A stretch of DNA of 64,000 nucleotides from Azolla caroliniana. Lineage: Eukaryota; Plantae; Polypodiophyta. The notes below the pieces were generated by a model. It was not told the origin of the DNA, searched no databases, and worked only from the letters and a program-made list of their open reading frames with translations. Positions 62,243-64,000 of the stretch are shown one piece after another (the stretch's first letter is position 1; the number at the start of each line of letters is the position of its first letter). Location of the stretch: assembly GCA_043228905.1 (NCBI GenBank), contig JBHGNT010000005.1, forward strand, positions 24,366,001 through 24,430,000. Direction: 5' to 3'. The position numbers were made by a program, and so were the translations under genes.

Positions 62243-64000
62243 TGTTAGATGGTCAAATGCCAAGAAGGTTAGATTATTCAACAAAAGGGATGGGAGGTGT
62301 TCAAAAGGTAGATATAGGTAAGAGGGATCCAATAGCAAAATTTCTCTGTGGGTCGAGCCAATTGTGAGAATTAGGCTTGAGATCAAGTGGTGGAGGTTGT
62401 AACACATATTACGTTGTGCAACATGGATTGCCATTGAAATACATTTGCTCGTCAAGTATGCTTCTTATGACTCAATTACGGTGAATGAACGTGATTTGAA
62501 TGTGCCGGTTGAAGTTTACACGAAAGTGCCACGATACAGTGACATAAAATACATAGTTAGTGAGGATTGAACCTGTAACCTCACAACAAAAATATATCAT
62601 GCTCAATCATTTTAATATAAGAATGTATTTGTATGTAATGTATTTGATCTAGAAATACTCTTTAGTCCTCTAGAAAGTTCTAGAACTAGAGGGTTCTAGA
62701 ACATCCTTCAGAATATTCTAATGAATGTACTTCAACTCACGGTATAAATGCTTGTAATAAGTTCCTAGCCTCATCACTTCCAGTTCCATGTTTGTAGCCT
62801 TATCGGTCGTAACCTTGTCATCCATGCTTTGTCATAGTCCATGGTTAGTGTGTCCATGATAGTTTGAATCTCTTCTGCTGGAAGCATCACATGTATTCTT
62901 CATCACCCTTGCTTCCAGAGTTACCATCGTCATCGTCCTTGTTTCTAGTGTTACCATCATCAACATCCTAAGTTGGTTTTAAAGACATAGTTGTCACAGT
63001 TGTTGTTACTTCTAGAGATGCCATCGTCACCATAGTCACAATCGTTACTTCTGGAGACGCTTCCTCATCATCATCGTCTTCATTGCCTTGTCTTCGACGT
63101 CATCATTTTCAGCACCTCTTGTTGTCTTTATCAACGCTACTTTGCCCAACCTTCATTGTCGTCAACACTACCTTGCATGGTCTTTCATTATCATCATTGT
63201 TTCACCCTCTTCATTGTCGTTGTCATCATCTACCTCAATTCTGGGGGGGTTATGATCGCTCACCTTCTTGGTGGGGATTGCGTCAGCTACCAGCTTATGC
63301 TACCATTTGTGTTGCGTTTTGGGTCAACCTCGACTATTTATCCTTTCATGATCGAAAACTCTGAGTTGAACGTTTCGTGTACACTCCTTCGCTTGTTGGT
63401 GTTCAAGTTCCCAATGAGAACCGCACATGGTCACTTAGGCTTGTTCAAGTTCGAGTTCCCAGCGAGGATCGCACATGGTCGCTCGTGCCTGTTGGTGTTC
63501 ATGTTCCCGACGAGGACCGCATGTGGTCTCTCACGCCCGTTGGTGTTCGTGTTCCCAGTGAGTATCGTACATGGTTGCTCATGCTCGTTGGTGTCGTTGG
63601 TGTTTCGGTCTCCGATGAGGATCATGCATGGTCGCTCACGCCCGTTGGTGTTCATGTTCCTGACGAGGATCACACGTGGTCGATCATGCCTGTTGGCGTT
63701 CGTGATCCTGGTGAGGACTGTACATGTTCAGGCACGCTCGTTGGTGTCGTTGGTGTTCCAGTCTCCGATGAGTATCGTGCATGGTCACTCATGCTCGTTG
63801 GTGTTCGTGTTCCCGACGAGGACCGCACGTGCTCGCTCACTCCCGTTGGTGTTCGTGTTCCCGGTGAGGACTGTACATGGTCGCTCATGCTTGTTGGTGT
63901 CGTTGGGTTCCAATCTCCGGTGAGGATCGCGCATGGTCGCTCATGCCCGTTGGTGTTCGTGTTTTCGGCGAGGACCGCATGTGGTCGCTCATACCCGTTG
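62243..64000. mobile_element. Unrelated, probably LTR-type sequence interrupting the copia RT
   Basis: RT similarity stops at ...PTSSPEGED, and the next bases are TGTTAG. TCTAGA-rich repeats (62650-62720) are followed by TATAAAT (~62743), as is typical of LTR U3 regions. Confidence 0.4.
63410..64000. repeat. GC-rich minisatellite with 48/57-bp monomers and a 153-bp higher-order period
   Basis: Monomer GTTGGTGTTCGTGTTCCCGACGAGGACCGCA.GTGGTCGCTCA.GCCC. The variant carrying an extra GTCGTTGGT recurs at 63587, 63740 and 63893. Confidence 0.9.

Noticed and set aside
62229-62250. PPT plus 3' LTR of the copia element (GAGGGGGAAGAT-TG)
   Set aside because: The purine run fits the RT reading frame (PEGED), RNase H is missing, and the downstream sequence does not match the 5' LTR.
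63410-64000. CRISPR-like array
   Set aside because: The units are contiguous with no unique spacers, the context is eukaryotic, and there are no cas genes.

Overview
AT-rich land-plant nuclear DNA with spliceosomal introns and abundant simple repeats. A fern-like or other non-angiosperm source is my guess and cannot be proven from this window. Five intact multi-exon genes can be built by hand with GT-AG junctions and consistent phase: a type-B cytokinin response regulator (-, 4732-9042), a TIFY-CCT-GATA (ZML-type) transcription factor (+, 21889-28445), a single-TM RLK/Pelle kinase whose DFG motif reads NFG (-, 30625-33691), a second, inverted ZML paralog (-, 41498-44004), and the U1 snRNP factor PRP39 (-, 49226-55337). 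Intergenic DNA holds LINE 3' fragments, tRNA-headed SINEs, three related hAT-type MITEs with 8-bp TSDs, a solo LTR, a decayed Ty1/copia element and many local tandem duplications. No CRISPR array or bona fide tRNA/rRNA gene was seen. The best leads are post-transcriptional. Both ZML paralogs keep a 3-codon uORF and a putative 3'UTR intron beyond the NMD distance threshold. PRP39 intron 3 holds a structured, PTC-bearing candidate cassette exon. The kinase between the ZML copies looks like a pseudokinase with a self-complementary first intron. Two insertions break SINE copies at the same nucleotide. All exon models are manual predictions without transcript support.
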